From: a virus
Strand: one strand, 5' to 3'
IMG/VR virus record: IMGVR_UViG_3300029953_000001
DNA length: 64,000 nucleotides
The translations under genes were made by a program, and so were the position numbers. Below, one piece after another: positions 10,189-19,685 of this stretch (position 1 is the first letter of the stretch; each line of letters opens with the position of its first letter). The notes below the pieces were generated by a model, which was not told the origin of the DNA, did not search any database, and saw only the letters and a list, made by a program, of their open reading frames with translations.

Positions 10189-10608
10189 ATGAGTTATCCA
10201 ATTGTAGAAGTGTCTGTTATTGTAATGGAAAACGGACGGGTACTCATCGGTCGTCCCACGGACGGCAAGTGGGAGACACCGACTGTCCCTCTGAAGTCCC
10301 TTGAAGCTGTGAAGGAAGCTGGCGGACGTGCCGCGTTCGAACTGGCCGGTATCACGGTTGAACCTCAGAACGTCCTCTTCTTCGGCGAGGAATTGAAGCC
10401 AGAAGATCACAAGGTCTTCATCTATCTGTTCTCTAAGTACCTCAACGGCGACCTCAAGCCCTCGGGTGAGTGGCAAGAAGCTGAGTGGGTAGATGTCCGT
10501 GAGTTGGCGAAGTATCAGGACGAGATGTCCGAAGCCACCGTGGATGGATTCTACAAGTTCAGCCTCGTACTTCGTCAGTCGGCGGAGCGCGGAGGAGGAA
10601 CCGTATGA
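10189..10608 (+). CDS. NUDIX-fold hydrolase (degenerate Nudix box)
   Basis: VSVIVMENGRVLIGR..GKWETP..EAVKEAGGRAAFELAGI; EAEWVDVREL. Confidence 0.7.
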   Translation: MSYPIVEVSVIVMENGRVLIGRPTDGKWETPTVPLKSLEAVKEAGGRAAFELAGITVEPQNVLFFGEELKPEDHKVFIYLFSKYLNGDLKPSGEWQEAEWVDVRELAKYQDEMSEATVDGFYKFSLVLRQSAERGGGTV

Positions 10609-10718
10609 TTGCATCGCGAGGTAAACTCATGAACTGATTCGCCGCTTTGCTGGACTGATGAGCGAATGCGGAGTTTGCATAAGCAGTTACGGCGATGGAG
10701 ATTCTGAGGTTCAATTCA

Positions 10719-11030
10719 ATGCGACTCAAAATAGTGCCATTCATCTTGCTCTGCGCCGTCGGATGCAAGACTACCAAAATTACGCCAGCTATCCCTTCAG
10801 CCGCAGCTTCTCCCGCGAAACTCCTTCCTATAGGGTGTGGTTTTATTGGAGACCAGTACTGGTTTGCCCTCAACAGTACGTATCAACAACATGAGTACAT
10901 CGGTTACTCAAAAGTATCGTGCGATTTCGCCCAAGATAATTGGGAAACACTCTACTTTGAAGGCGAGATTGAGCAGCCTGAAAAGATGCGTGCCAAGTAT
11001 TCTGATCCCAAAACAGGACTATTGCCATGA
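10719..11030 (+). CDS. Putative lipoprotein
   Basis: MRLKIVPFILLCAVGC signal peptide with lipobox. Confidence 0.65.
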   Translation: MRLKIVPFILLCAVGCKTTKITPAIPSAAASPAKLLPIGCGFIGDQYWFALNSTYQQHEYIGYSKVSCDFAQDNWETLYFEGEIEQPEKMRAKYSDPKTGLLP

Positions 11031-11356
11031 AATTCTTACCATTAATTCTGCCATTAATTCTGCTGTGTGTCGTTGGTTGCGCTCGTACGCCGGACTATAT
11101 AACCAATGATTTTCCCGGTGTTTGGTTTTGGCATCAAAGTAGGCCGACGACAAAGCATGGCATCTGCGCTATAGTTGAGGGGCCAGTGGACGGCAAGCTC
11201 GATGACCGCGACGGCAGTGTTTGGGGAGTTGAGTTGCCTGATCCCAAGCCCAATAAGGACGGAATGAGTTCAGGTCCGACGCCTGAATACCAGTTCAATA
11301 CAGGCCGCGAGGCCGCAGCATGGGCAGAGAAGAATTGCCCGACAGGAGCCAAATGA
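11027..11356 (+). CDS. Putative lipoprotein
   Basis: MKFLPLILPLILLCVVGC signal peptide with lipobox; ATGA overlap. Confidence 0.7.
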   Translation: MKFLPLILPLILLCVVGCARTPDYITNDFPGVWFWHQSRPTTKHGICAIVEGPVDGKLDDRDGSVWGVELPDPKPNKDGMSSGPTPEYQFNTGREAAAWAEKNCPTGAK

Positions 11357-12540
11357 AATTATTACCATTCATCCTGCTGTGCGCCGCGGTTGGAGCAGCG
11401 CAAACAGCCCATCCATCATTATCGTCAGGTCCAGAAGATGTGTGCATCGGCAAGACCGCGTGCAAACTATCGCAAGCAGAAGAAAAACATCTGGCTATTG
11501 TATCCAACAGATCGTCCTTTGAATTTTGCGCTACACACTTCGATGAAGGAACTGCTTGGTACTATGACAACCTAGAACAGCATCGGTGGACTTCTGCTTC
11601 ATGCACACAATTGCTGTTTCAGCCGACTGAATTACAAGTCAAGCTTTGGGATGAAGGGCGGGTAAAACTTAAATCCCCCGTCAAGCCTGCGCCCCCAACT
11701 GCTTCCTACCCTTCGATTATAAGAAACTGGCGGGGCGCGGCTGTTATCAGCGAAGGGGGCGGTGGCGGAAACTTATCCGACTCCGACTCCGATGAGGGGG
11801 GCGTCTTTGATGGAGGCGCAATGCGGACAAATTGCATTGGAGTGGATGTATGGGGAAACTGCACTGAGCTACGGGGGCAAGTGAAGCAAGCGGGTCGTCC
11901 ACTATCCCTTTACCACATCACCGGATATGCTTCGCTTGCAGATGGAGGAGACTGCACTCACCCGCCTATCGCGGTATTTGGCGTGTATCGGGAAGATGCT
12001 CTAGTCAGATCTGGACTCAGTCCCTCACTTAGTGGCGTAACGGTGTGGAATGAAAAGGAGTGGGAAGACCATGAGAAAAACGTAGACCCTGCATCATTTA
12101 AGGCGGATTGCGATATTGTCAGGCTTGAGCAGGGGTCTACGCCAGCACCGTCTTTATGGGACCAGCCTACCTTGCAGGTGAACCCGCTGACCCCGCCACC
12201 CCCGCTTGAGCAGGAGTCTACACTGTCAACCCCACCAGCATCGCTTACCTCGTCCACTCTCAGCTTCGACGATCCCAAGTCAGGCCGCATCGACCGATTG
12301 AGTGACGACGAGTACGCCGAGCTTCAGAAACTGCGTGCTGCCGTCGCCGCGAAGGAGAAGGAGATTGCTAAGGCGCATGGGGTAGCTTTGGAGTCCGTTC
12401 TTACCCATAAAGGAGTAAACACTTGCTTAGCAGATGCTCCATTCTACACATGCGACATAGATCGGTATAGCGGACCCGACGCCTATGAATACCGGGGCCA
12501 ATACTTGCTCGTCAATGTACCGCTGGGGGTAAAGCCGTGA
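11353..12540 (+). CDS. Secreted Cys-rich mosaic protein
   Basis: MKLLPFILLCAAVGAAQ signal peptide; AGGAG SD; several Cys-containing modules with Pro-rich linkers. Confidence 0.65.
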   Translation: MKLLPFILLCAAVGAAQTAHPSLSSGPEDVCIGKTACKLSQAEEKHLAIVSNRSSFEFCATHFDEGTAWYYDNLEQHRWTSASCTQLLFQPTELQVKLWDEGRVKLKSPVKPAPPTASYPSIIRNWRGAAVISEGGGGGNLSDSDSDEGGVFDGGAMRTNCIGVDVWGNCTELRGQVKQAGRPLSLYHITGYASLADGGDCTHPPIAVFGVYREDALVRSGLSPSLSGVTVWNEKEWEDHEKNVDPASFKADCDIVRLEQGSTPAPSLWDQPTLQVNPLTPPPPLEQESTLSTPPASLTSSTLSFDDPKSGRIDRLSDDEYAELQKLRAAVAAKEKEIAKAHGVALESVLTHKGVNTCLADAPFYTCDIDRYSGPDAYEYRGQYLLVNVPLGVKP

Positions 12541-12697
12541 GGAAGTGTCCACCGGAGCCATGCATCACTTGTTCTGAATGCGAGGCTGTTGACTCGCACG
12601 AGCCGTGGTGCTCAAAGTACATTCATGCCGCCAAAGGAACCCGCGTTTGAAGTTTGAAGTATTTTTGAGTATCTAAAGGTAAGAGCAGGTAGGTATT

Positions 12698-13843
12698 TTG
12701 AACTTCATCTCTCAGCGACCAAACCATTGGAATGAAATCGTAGGTCAAGAACGAGTTACTAAGCTTCTTGGTTGCATTCTCAAGACTGAGCGGTTCATGC
12801 CACGGGGATACCTGTTTCAAGGTCCCGTCGGCGTAGGTAAAACCACGCTGGCATATCTTACCGCAAGGTCTTTGATGTGTACCGGCGACGACCCCATGGG
12901 TTGCGGCAAGTGCTCCTCGTGCAAATTCATTGACAGTGCCGAAGACATTGAACGAGGATTGAACCTCTCCTCTGATTTTACGGAAGTGGACGCAGCGTCC
13001 AACTCTGGGGTGGAGCACGCTCGTAGCCTGATGGACATCATGGACTCACCCCCCTCTGGCATCGCACGCCGTCGGATACTTCTAGTGGATGAGGCTCACC
13101 AACTATCCAAGGAGGCGTGGGACACTTACTTGAAACCTCTGGAGGCTAAGGACACTACCAGTATTTTTATCTTCCTGTCCAACCAGCCTGAGAGCATTCC
13201 GGGGTCAATCTCCAGTCGTTTGACTCCTATGTTCTTTGAACGAGTCCACGTTGACCAAATATTTGGACTCATCGCCAATCTGGCGAACGCTAACAACATC
13301 CCCTACGAGCATGACGCTCTCCGCTACATCGCCCAACGGTCGAAGGGTATTGTCCGTGATGCTGTGAAGTGGCTCGGCATGGTCGCTTCGATGGGCACGC
13401 TCACCAAGGAACTGGTGAAGGACGCTCTGCATGACGTGCTGGAAGACTACTGCCTGAAGTGTTACACGTCTCTCATTCTGGGCAACCAAATAGAAGCGGT
13501 TCGATGGATAGATGAAGCTGGCCGTAACTATAGTACAAGTAAAGTAATCGAAGTGCTGTTCTCCATCTACGCCCGTACCCCATGGGCGGAGCCGGGAAGT
13601 CTGTACTCCCAAATAGCCCACAGGCTTCCCAACGTTGGTGAGGTAGACTCCATCTTCATCAAGTGGTTGAACAACACGAACCTGCCTTCAGACACCCTGC
13701 CGCTGGTGGTTTATGAACTCATCAACACACTGGACGTGCCAACTACGGCTAAGTCACGGGCTAAAGGGGGAACTATAGGTAGCCAGCCCATCAAGGGGGG
13801 CATCATCCCGGAAGAAGATTTTGATAAGTATGTTAATGGTTAG
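12698..13843 (+). CDS. dnaX: DNA polymerase III gamma/tau-like clamp loader AAA+ subunit
   Basis: RPNHWNEIVGQE, Walker A GPVGVGKTT, Zn motif C..CGKCSSC, EVDAASNSGVE, Walker B LVDEAHQLS, LKPLE, SR, VRDA. Confidence 0.92.
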   Translation: MNFISQRPNHWNEIVGQERVTKLLGCILKTERFMPRGYLFQGPVGVGKTTLAYLTARSLMCTGDDPMGCGKCSSCKFIDSAEDIERGLNLSSDFTEVDAASNSGVEHARSLMDIMDSPPSGIARRRILLVDEAHQLSKEAWDTYLKPLEAKDTTSIFIFLSNQPESIPGSISSRLTPMFFERVHVDQIFGLIANLANANNIPYEHDALRYIAQRSKGIVRDAVKWLGMVASMGTLTKELVKDALHDVLEDYCLKCYTSLILGNQIEAVRWIDEAGRNYSTSKVIEVLFSIYARTPWAEPGSLYSQIAHRLPNVGEVDSIFIKWLNNTNLPSDTLPLVVYELINTLDVPTTAKSRAKGGTIGSQPIKGGIIPEEDFDKYVNG

Positions 13844-13888
13844 GAAAAAGTCAGTATTATCCATGTGATGGTTTAGGAGATTTTTCAC

Positions 13889-14152
13889 ATGGAAGTTATG
13901 CTCGTAATTTTTAACGGCTGGGTTCTTACCAAGCTGTGGATGTGGTTCGCCGTCCCCTTCTTTCACGCTCGGCCTATGAGCATCGCTTTCGCGATTGGTT
14001 TCTCCATCATCATCCGCTTCTTCACCTACGACTCCACTATCCCCCGCAATAAGTCAAAAGGCTGGCAGGAAATCACCATTGCGTTCCTAACTCCCTATAT
14101 CTCCGGTGGCTTTGCGCTGTTGTTCGGTTACATTGTTTCCCGTTACCTGTAA
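13889..14152 (+). CDS. Small membrane protein
   Basis: Three hydrophobic segments; AGGAG SD. Confidence 0.65.
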   Translation: MEVMLVIFNGWVLTKLWMWFAVPFFHARPMSIAFAIGFSIIIRFFTYDSTIPRNKSKGWQEITIAFLTPYISGGFALLFGYIVSRYL

Positions 14153-14176
14153 CCTATTGCGTAGAAAGAAGGCAGC

Positions 14177-15391
14177 GTGATACTGGAATATGGAAACTGT
14201 GCCCTTTTGCAGGGGTTGGATTGGTATCTCGTTGAACTCCGCTCGGAAAAGACGATTGAGCCCACCATGCGTCGTGTTGGTAAGGCTATCCCTAACATCT
14301 TTCGGGTAGACCCGGTAGAAATTTTCATACCTGTGTTCAAGCGCGACCTCGACCTCTTCGAAATGAAGACGGGTTGCTACGTGTTCGTCCGCAGCACAAA
14401 CTTCCCTGCCTTGCTTCGTCTGAAGACCATCACAGGGGTGGTATCCCTCGTCACGGAAGGGGACTCGAATCGTCCATCCAAGGTCATCAAGGTTGAGGAC
14501 AGTTACGTGCAGACTATTATTGCAGACGCGGAGGAAGAATTTCGCAACCGTGGCATCGGCATTGAAGTGGACTCATTCGTACGTGTGCTTAACGGTGACA
14601 CTCGGGACTACTGCGGTACAGTCGAAGCTATCGGCGACGGTAAAGCCATTGTCCGTATCAACCTGAAGACCAAGAGCATTTTGCTAGAAACTCCCCTGCG
14701 CAATCTCCTCAACCTCTCACAAGTTCCCGCCAATCAGCGAGTGTACTATTTCTGCCCATTGGTGGAGGAGTTGGTGATTGACCAAGGACAGGCCGGACTT
14801 GATTTGATAGAGGGGGACCTGAAGCTAGGGGAGGCAGTCGCTGCGGTAAATCAGGATGATGCCCGTGAACCCAAGCCTCACTCCCGGCAGAAGACAGTTA
14901 CGGCGTTGGTCAAGCGGCTCATTCTTATTGAGAACCAGCATGAGCCTATGACCATCTGCAAAAAAATTGTGGAGGCTCTGAAGACGGGGGACATCAAGGT
15001 TCCCAAAAACTACTTCATTATCTACGGTATCGTAAAGGATCGTTTGATGCGGGATTACTTCCAAATTACTGACCCTACCATTTCCAACTATAAGGAAGTC
15101 ATAAATAAGTACGGGAAGGACTATAAGTTCTCGGCAGAGATGATTTCTAAGTTAGACCCTAGTTTGAAACTCCCAGTATTAAGTAGTGAGGAACCCGCCC
15201 TCCCTCTCAAGAAGGGGCAGATTGCCCCTAAGCGTCGTGGTCGTCCTCGTAAAAGCCCTGAAGTCACCAAAGTCGTCAAAAAGAAGAGAGTGCTCTCTGA
15301 CAAGAATAAAAAGAAGATGATTGAGGGGCTTAAGAAATGGCACGCCTCTCGCAATGGTTTGAAGGGCGCTAAGAAGAAAGAGAAGGTTTGA
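14177..15391 (+). CDS. nusG: NusG-family transcription elongation factor with extended C-terminus and AT-hook
   Basis: NGN domain WYLVEL..EIFIPV..GCYVFV..ITGVVSLV; KOW domain VDSFVRVLNGDTRDYCGTVEAI; C-terminal KRRGRPRK. Confidence 0.78.
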   Translation: MILEYGNCALLQGLDWYLVELRSEKTIEPTMRRVGKAIPNIFRVDPVEIFIPVFKRDLDLFEMKTGCYVFVRSTNFPALLRLKTITGVVSLVTEGDSNRPSKVIKVEDSYVQTIIADAEEEFRNRGIGIEVDSFVRVLNGDTRDYCGTVEAIGDGKAIVRINLKTKSILLETPLRNLLNLSQVPANQRVYYFCPLVEELVIDQGQAGLDLIEGDLKLGEAVAAVNQDDAREPKPHSRQKTVTALVKRLILIENQHEPMTICKKIVEALKTGDIKVPKNYFIIYGIVKDRLMRDYFQITDPTISNYKEVINKYGKDYKFSAEMISKLDPSLKLPVLSSEEPALPLKKGQIAPKRRGRPRKSPEVTKVVKKKRVLSDKNKKKMIEGLKKWHASRNGLKGAKKKEKV

Positions 15392-15392
15392 T

Positions 15393-16202
15393 ATGTCGGT
15401 CAGCGCGATATCCAGTTACGTCAAGACGCATGAACGTCTTCTGATTGTAATCATCATTGTCGCTCTGCTCGGGTGGGGCACCAACAAGGGGTTGAACATA
15501 TATGGTGGCTCTGAGCAGAGCAAGGTGACTTCCCTTCAGACTCAGCTTGACGGGACAAAACAGCAGGCCGCAGCGGCACAACAGTCAGCGACGGATGCCA
15601 AGACGGCGGCTCAGGTTACCGCTGCTCAGGCAAATCAGGATAAGGTGGCATCCGTCGCTGTTATCACCGCACTGTCACAGCAGAACGCTAGTCTCTCGAA
15701 CCAGATAATTCAGCGGGGACAGCAAACTCAGAAACAGCAGACCACCGACCTAAACGCCACCATCCCAGAGCTTAGTACCCGGTTCAAGTCTCTTGTACCT
15801 AATGTTATTCCTACGGATGTTGTAGTCGCGGCAGACGGCAAGACAGTCAATATCGGGCAGGATACCGCAGAAAAGTCAATAGCCCAACTTGAACTTGTAC
15901 CTTCGCTTCAGGCGGACAACAGTGCCCTCACGACGCAAGTCAAAAACGGTCAGACGGAATTAGATTCGTTGCAGAAGACGCTGGATAGTCAGAGCAGCCT
16001 CACTGACGCTCAGGCAAAGGTCATAGCCGCACAGGATTCGTACGCTACCCTGCTGGCAACGGAACAAAAACAGTCAGACGCTGTATGGCAGGGTAAGTTG
16101 GATGTTGAAAAGACCAACACGAAGAAGGCTTATCTCAAGGGCTTCAAGTGGGGAGCTATCACAGGTTTCATCGGCGGTCTTTTCGCGGGACACGCATTAT
16201 AA
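15393..16202 (+). CDS. Membrane-anchored coiled-coil protein (possible spanin-like)
   Basis: N-terminal TM, long Q/A-rich coiled coil, C-terminal hydrophobic Gly-rich helix. Confidence 0.45.
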   Translation: MSVSAISSYVKTHERLLIVIIIVALLGWGTNKGLNIYGGSEQSKVTSLQTQLDGTKQQAAAAQQSATDAKTAAQVTAAQANQDKVASVAVITALSQQNASLSNQIIQRGQQTQKQQTTDLNATIPELSTRFKSLVPNVIPTDVVVAADGKTVNIGQDTAEKSIAQLELVPSLQADNSALTTQVKNGQTELDSLQKTLDSQSSLTDAQAKVIAAQDSYATLLATEQKQSDAVWQGKLDVEKTNTKKAYLKGFKWGAITGFIGGLFAGHAL

Positions 16203-16212
16203 GGGGAAGTGG

Positions 16213-16503
16213 ATGCTAACAAGTGATAAAGCAGCGGCAGTACATCTCTACTTGGTTTACCTGTTGCAGGAACAACCCTTTGGTCTCGTCGTCAACTTCG
16301 CTGAGGAGACTAAGCCTCTGCTTGATATCAACATCATGAACCTGACAGAGGAGCAAGCGGATACTCTCATCGCCGACTGCGTAGGGCAATGGCAACGATT
16401 CTTTGATAGCGAGGGGACTGAAGAAGCAGCACCTTACGAGGAAGGGGACTTCGATGACAGTGAAACAGCAGCCCACGAAATCCGCAGGGGGGATGTGTGC
16501 TGA
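16213..16503 (+). CDS. Hypothetical acidic protein
   Basis: ATG 16213 after AAGGGG SD. Confidence 0.55.
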   Translation: MLTSDKAAAVHLYLVYLLQEQPFGLVVNFAEETKPLLDINIMNLTEEQADTLIADCVGQWQRFFDSEGTEEAAPYEEGDFDDSETAAHEIRRGDVC

Positions 16504-16628
16504 GTGCGGAAGGTACAAGGCGTTGTTCCGCATAAAGTGTGGTAAGAAAGTTCGTGCGGACAAATGGCACAATCTCTGCTTTAGGTGTAGCAGGGCTCAT
16601 ATGAATCAGAGTAGAGGAGAAGGTCACT

Positions 16629-17237
16629 ATGGCTATGAAAGTTATCAAGACAGCAATCCACCGGCTTAGTGTGGATATGTCTTGCGGTTGCAAACTGTAT
16701 GCGGAGTTCAAGGACGCCCAGTGCAAGGAGGCTTTGACCGAGGGAGAGGTGGAAAGAACCTTCGTTGCTTGTGCCACGCACAAGGCTGACCCCTCTTTGT
16801 CCATGCTTATGTTTCTCATTGGTGAGCGTCTCGATGAAGCGGTTGAAGAGGCCCAAAAAGCTCCAGTCGTTCCAGTTCACCTCCACCCGATTCCTCAGGG
16901 CATTGAAGTGGGAGACACAGGCGGAGTATTAGCCGCGTCCACTTCCACTGTGCAGAGCGTGATGAAGGTGAATAGACCCGAGGCTGTGGGTCGTGCTCGG
17001 GAGAGGGGCGTAAAGACAATGCAGCGGACTCCTGAGCAGTTGGTTAATTCGGGTGCTGTGGTTCCCGGTCTCAAGACTAAGGTAGCAGTTAGGGGCGACG
17101 GTGGTGTGCAGATGGCAGCGGAGGGAGATGTGCAGATTTATGAGGCGGATGAGGATGAGGCAGTCACCCCCCATATAGATGAACTCATGGCAATCCTCGA
17201 CCCTAAGGATGGGTTGGTATTAGATGAAGAGGAGTAG
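16629..17237 (+). CDS. Hypothetical protein
   Basis: 202 aa; AGGAG SD; N-terminal CGC. Confidence 0.6.
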   Translation: MAMKVIKTAIHRLSVDMSCGCKLYAEFKDAQCKEALTEGEVERTFVACATHKADPSLSMLMFLIGERLDEAVEEAQKAPVVPVHLHPIPQGIEVGDTGGVLAASTSTVQSVMKVNRPEAVGRARERGVKTMQRTPEQLVNSGAVVPGLKTKVAVRGDGGVQMAAEGDVQIYEADEDEAVTPHIDELMAILDPKDGLVLDEEE

Positions 17238-17468
17238 CTCACCGGGAAACTTGAACTTGCTAGGCTCTACACCTAGTCTGAACGCCAACACTGCTCGATA
17301 CTCATTTGGCATTAGGTTCCCCTTCTCAGTGTTACACTTCCTACAAGCATCCACGATATTCTTGCGAGAGTCGCTCCCACCCTTCGACCGGGGGATAACA
17401 TGATCTTTACCCCCGGTACGGCGGCTGAGAGCTTTCCCGCAATAGAAGCAATGACGGTAGTTAATCAG
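17220..17468 (-). CDS. HNH endonuclease (missed by ORF track; CTG start or readthrough)
   Basis: Manual translation LINYRHCFYCGKALSRRTGGKDHVIPRSKGGSDSRKNIVDACRKCNTEKG: classic CxxC..DH..GG..N..CxxCN motif. Confidence 0.75.
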   Translation of the reverse strand: MINYRHCFYCGKALSRRTGGKDHVIPRSKGGSDSRKNIVDACRKCNTEKGNLMPNEYRAVLAFRLGVEPSKFKFPGELLLFI

Positions 17469-17693
17469 TTAGTTTGTCTCCTCGGTGATTGAGTTGACGT
17501 GGGTCATAACTGTGTCGAGGGTGGAGAACAGGCTTTGTAGAGCTTCTACACTACCCTCAATTTCAAAGTCGGCGGGTTCGGGGTCAGAGTCCGAAGCAGC
17601 TTCGCTAATGCGAAGCTTGACCTGATTGTCGCGAGTCTTGTGAAGCAGAATTTCACATTCACCATTAATAATATGAATGACACGTAGTCCCAT
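17469..17693 (-). CDS. Hypothetical protein
   Basis: 74 aa; GGGGG SD on the minus strand; fills a gap on the + strand. Confidence 0.55.
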   Translation of the reverse strand: MGLRVIHIINGECEILLHKTRDNQVKLRISEAASDSDPEPADFEIEGSVEALQSLFSTLDTVMTHVNSITEETN

Positions 17694-17809
17694 GGTATTT
17701 CCCCCGGTGTGACTGTGTTCTCTTCTTACCCAAGAGACAGGAAGTTGCTTTTTTGGGTTACCTTTGGGCTTTGCTGGAGCCTAAAACACAAAAATTTCCC
17801 AAAATTACT

Positions 17810-17838
17810 GTTCAAAGTGCCTGTAGTCCCCGTATACT
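17810..17838 (+). promoter_or_regulatory. Class A (sigma70-like) promoter, leaderless
   Basis: GTTCAA-N17-TATACT-N6-ATG (17845). Confidence 0.75.
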
Positions 17839-17844
17839 ACGTGT

Positions 17845-18918
17845 ATGGAAGACATAGTTCTCACCCCGGCTCCTGTAGACACCCCCGAAGAGGCCAAGAA
17901 GGAATTGACCCCTGCCGCGATGATTGACCCCCAGATGATTCTGGCGTTCATGTTCGCCGGGGACGTGACCCTGACCTTCCGCAACGTCCACAGCATGAAC
18001 CACTACACCTACCTCATTCGGGAAGGCAAAGAGCAGTGGAAGGGCCGCTTCTTCGTCTACTACCTGTCGGGCTCCGACAACGAGAGCGACTACACATATA
18101 TGGGCTGGGTTGTGCCGGATTGGAAGACGAAGGTTCCCACCTTCCGCACCACTGCCAAGTCCAAGGTCACCATGCAGTCGCAGGTTGTCATGGTTTTCTC
18201 GCGGGTTCTGGAACTCCTGCTTCAGGGTAAGCTCCCCAAGGGTCTGGAAATCTGGCACGAAGGTCGTTGCGCTCGTTGCCACCGCAAGCTGACCGACGCC
18301 CAGTCTATCGCTGATGGCTTCGGCCCCATCTGCATCAAGCTGTCGGCTGGCTTGATTGCTGGCTTCGCCCCTATTCTTCCGGCTCAGACGAGCGACAACA
18401 CGACCGCAGCATACAGCAAGCCCCGCACCCCGGCAGCTATCCTCGCCGCCGTGAACGAAGACCCCAAGATTCAGCAACTCGCCGATGAGATGTGGGCGAA
18501 GAACCCTGCGAACCCGGTCAACAAGGCCCCGGTAGTTCCGGCTGAACCCCTCCCGGTTGACGCTCAGGCGGCTGTGGAACTCGCCAAGTCGCAGGGCTGG
18601 ACGGTAGAAGAGGCGACCATCGCTCTCAGCCGTCGCAAGATTGTGAACCTGAACCTCAAGAAGTCGGACGAGGTGGATGCGGCTCTGGACATTGAAGTGG
18701 TCAAGACCACCCACAAGGTCACGGGAGACCTCGACTACCCTTCCAAGCAGGGTCAGGCTACGCTCTTCACGGAGCAGGTCATCGAGGAACTCGCTGCACG
18801 GGTCAACATGATGAAGAATGACCGTCCTGATGATTACACCATGGATGGTATTATGAATGAAGATGAAGCGTTCGCTTTCTGGTACAAGAAGTTCCAGAAC
18901 GACGCAGTGGGGGTTTAA
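17845..18918 (+). CDS. DUF6011-domain protein
   Basis: GRCARCHRKLTDAQSIADGFGPIC motif; N-terminal YLSGSDNESDYTYMG domain. Confidence 0.75.
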   Translation: MEDIVLTPAPVDTPEEAKKELTPAAMIDPQMILAFMFAGDVTLTFRNVHSMNHYTYLIREGKEQWKGRFFVYYLSGSDNESDYTYMGWVVPDWKTKVPTFRTTAKSKVTMQSQVVMVFSRVLELLLQGKLPKGLEIWHEGRCARCHRKLTDAQSIADGFGPICIKLSAGLIAGFAPILPAQTSDNTTAAYSKPRTPAAILAAVNEDPKIQQLADEMWAKNPANPVNKAPVVPAEPLPVDAQAAVELAKSQGWTVEEATIALSRRKIVNLNLKKSDEVDAALDIEVVKTTHKVTGDLDYPSKQGQATLFTEQVIEELAARVNMMKNDRPDDYTMDGIMNEDEAFAFWYKKFQNDAVGV

Positions 18919-18919
18919 C

Positions 18920-19315
18920 GTGGGCTTCGAGGAAGACGGATACGTGCGTGGCCTGTCCTATGACGAGGATTCGATGCGTGAGATTGAAGCTGAAATCGAG
19001 CAGGAGCGTCTTGATGCCATCTACGGTCACTCGAATGACACCGATCCCGCCCCGGTCGTGGATGATGACTTCTATCCTGACTTTGAGTATGATGCAGAGT
19101 ACGCTGTTCAACTTCGCGGGGTCACGCTGAACGGTGCCCCTGTGTTCGAGGATGACGAGTTAGATAAGGCGTTTGAAGCGAACTTCCACGGCAAGGTCAT
19201 CGGCGTGTACGACAGCCTTGAAGAGGCTCAGGCCGCTGAGGACAAGGCGTACGAGGAAGAGGAAGAGGAACTTCGTGGAAAACTGCACGGAATCTACACC
19301 GAAGAAGAAGCGTAG
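18920..19315 (+). CDS. Highly acidic hypothetical protein
   Basis: D/E-rich ORF with GTG start right after the previous stop. Confidence 0.55.
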   Translation: MGFEEDGYVRGLSYDEDSMREIEAEIEQERLDAIYGHSNDTDPAPVVDDDFYPDFEYDAEYAVQLRGVTLNGAPVFEDDELDKAFEANFHGKVIGVYDSLEEAQAAEDKAYEEEEEELRGKLHGIYTEEEA

Positions 19316-19685
19316 ACACTGGCATCATAGGCGAAACCTTGAAGATCGCCTATACTCCTTCCATGAGTTCCGTTCCTGTGCGTCCAAGCTGCGTCACGCT
19401 CATGCGCTGACCGCCCTGCAACACGCCTTCAAGTTGGGACAGGTTCGACCGCTGGCGAAGATTGCCATCTACCCTTGCGAGTATTGCGATGGGATGCATG
19501 TAACCACTAGCCACAACGACAACGACTATTCCAAGCTGGAGAATTCGTTGCATAAGCTGGAGCGTATCATGAGTCACCCCAACTTTGCCCTGAGGGCTCC
19601 AGTCTATATACAGGGCAAGTATACCAAGATGCTGGCGGACATTCAGGTCCGTATGCTGGAGCTAGAAGAACGCCATGCAAGATAG
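19173..19685 (+). CDS. Hypothetical Zn-binding protein (start uncertain)
   Basis: CASKLRH...YPCEYCDGMHVT motif. Confidence 0.5.
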   Translation: MKRTSTARSSACTTALKRLRPLRTRRTRKRKRNFVENCTESTPKKKRRHWHHRRNLEDRLYSFHEFRSCASKLRHAHALTALQHAFKLGQVRPLAKIAIYPCEYCDGMHVTTSHNDNDYSKLENSLHKLERIMSHPNFALRAPVYIQGKYTKMLADIQVRMLELEERHAR

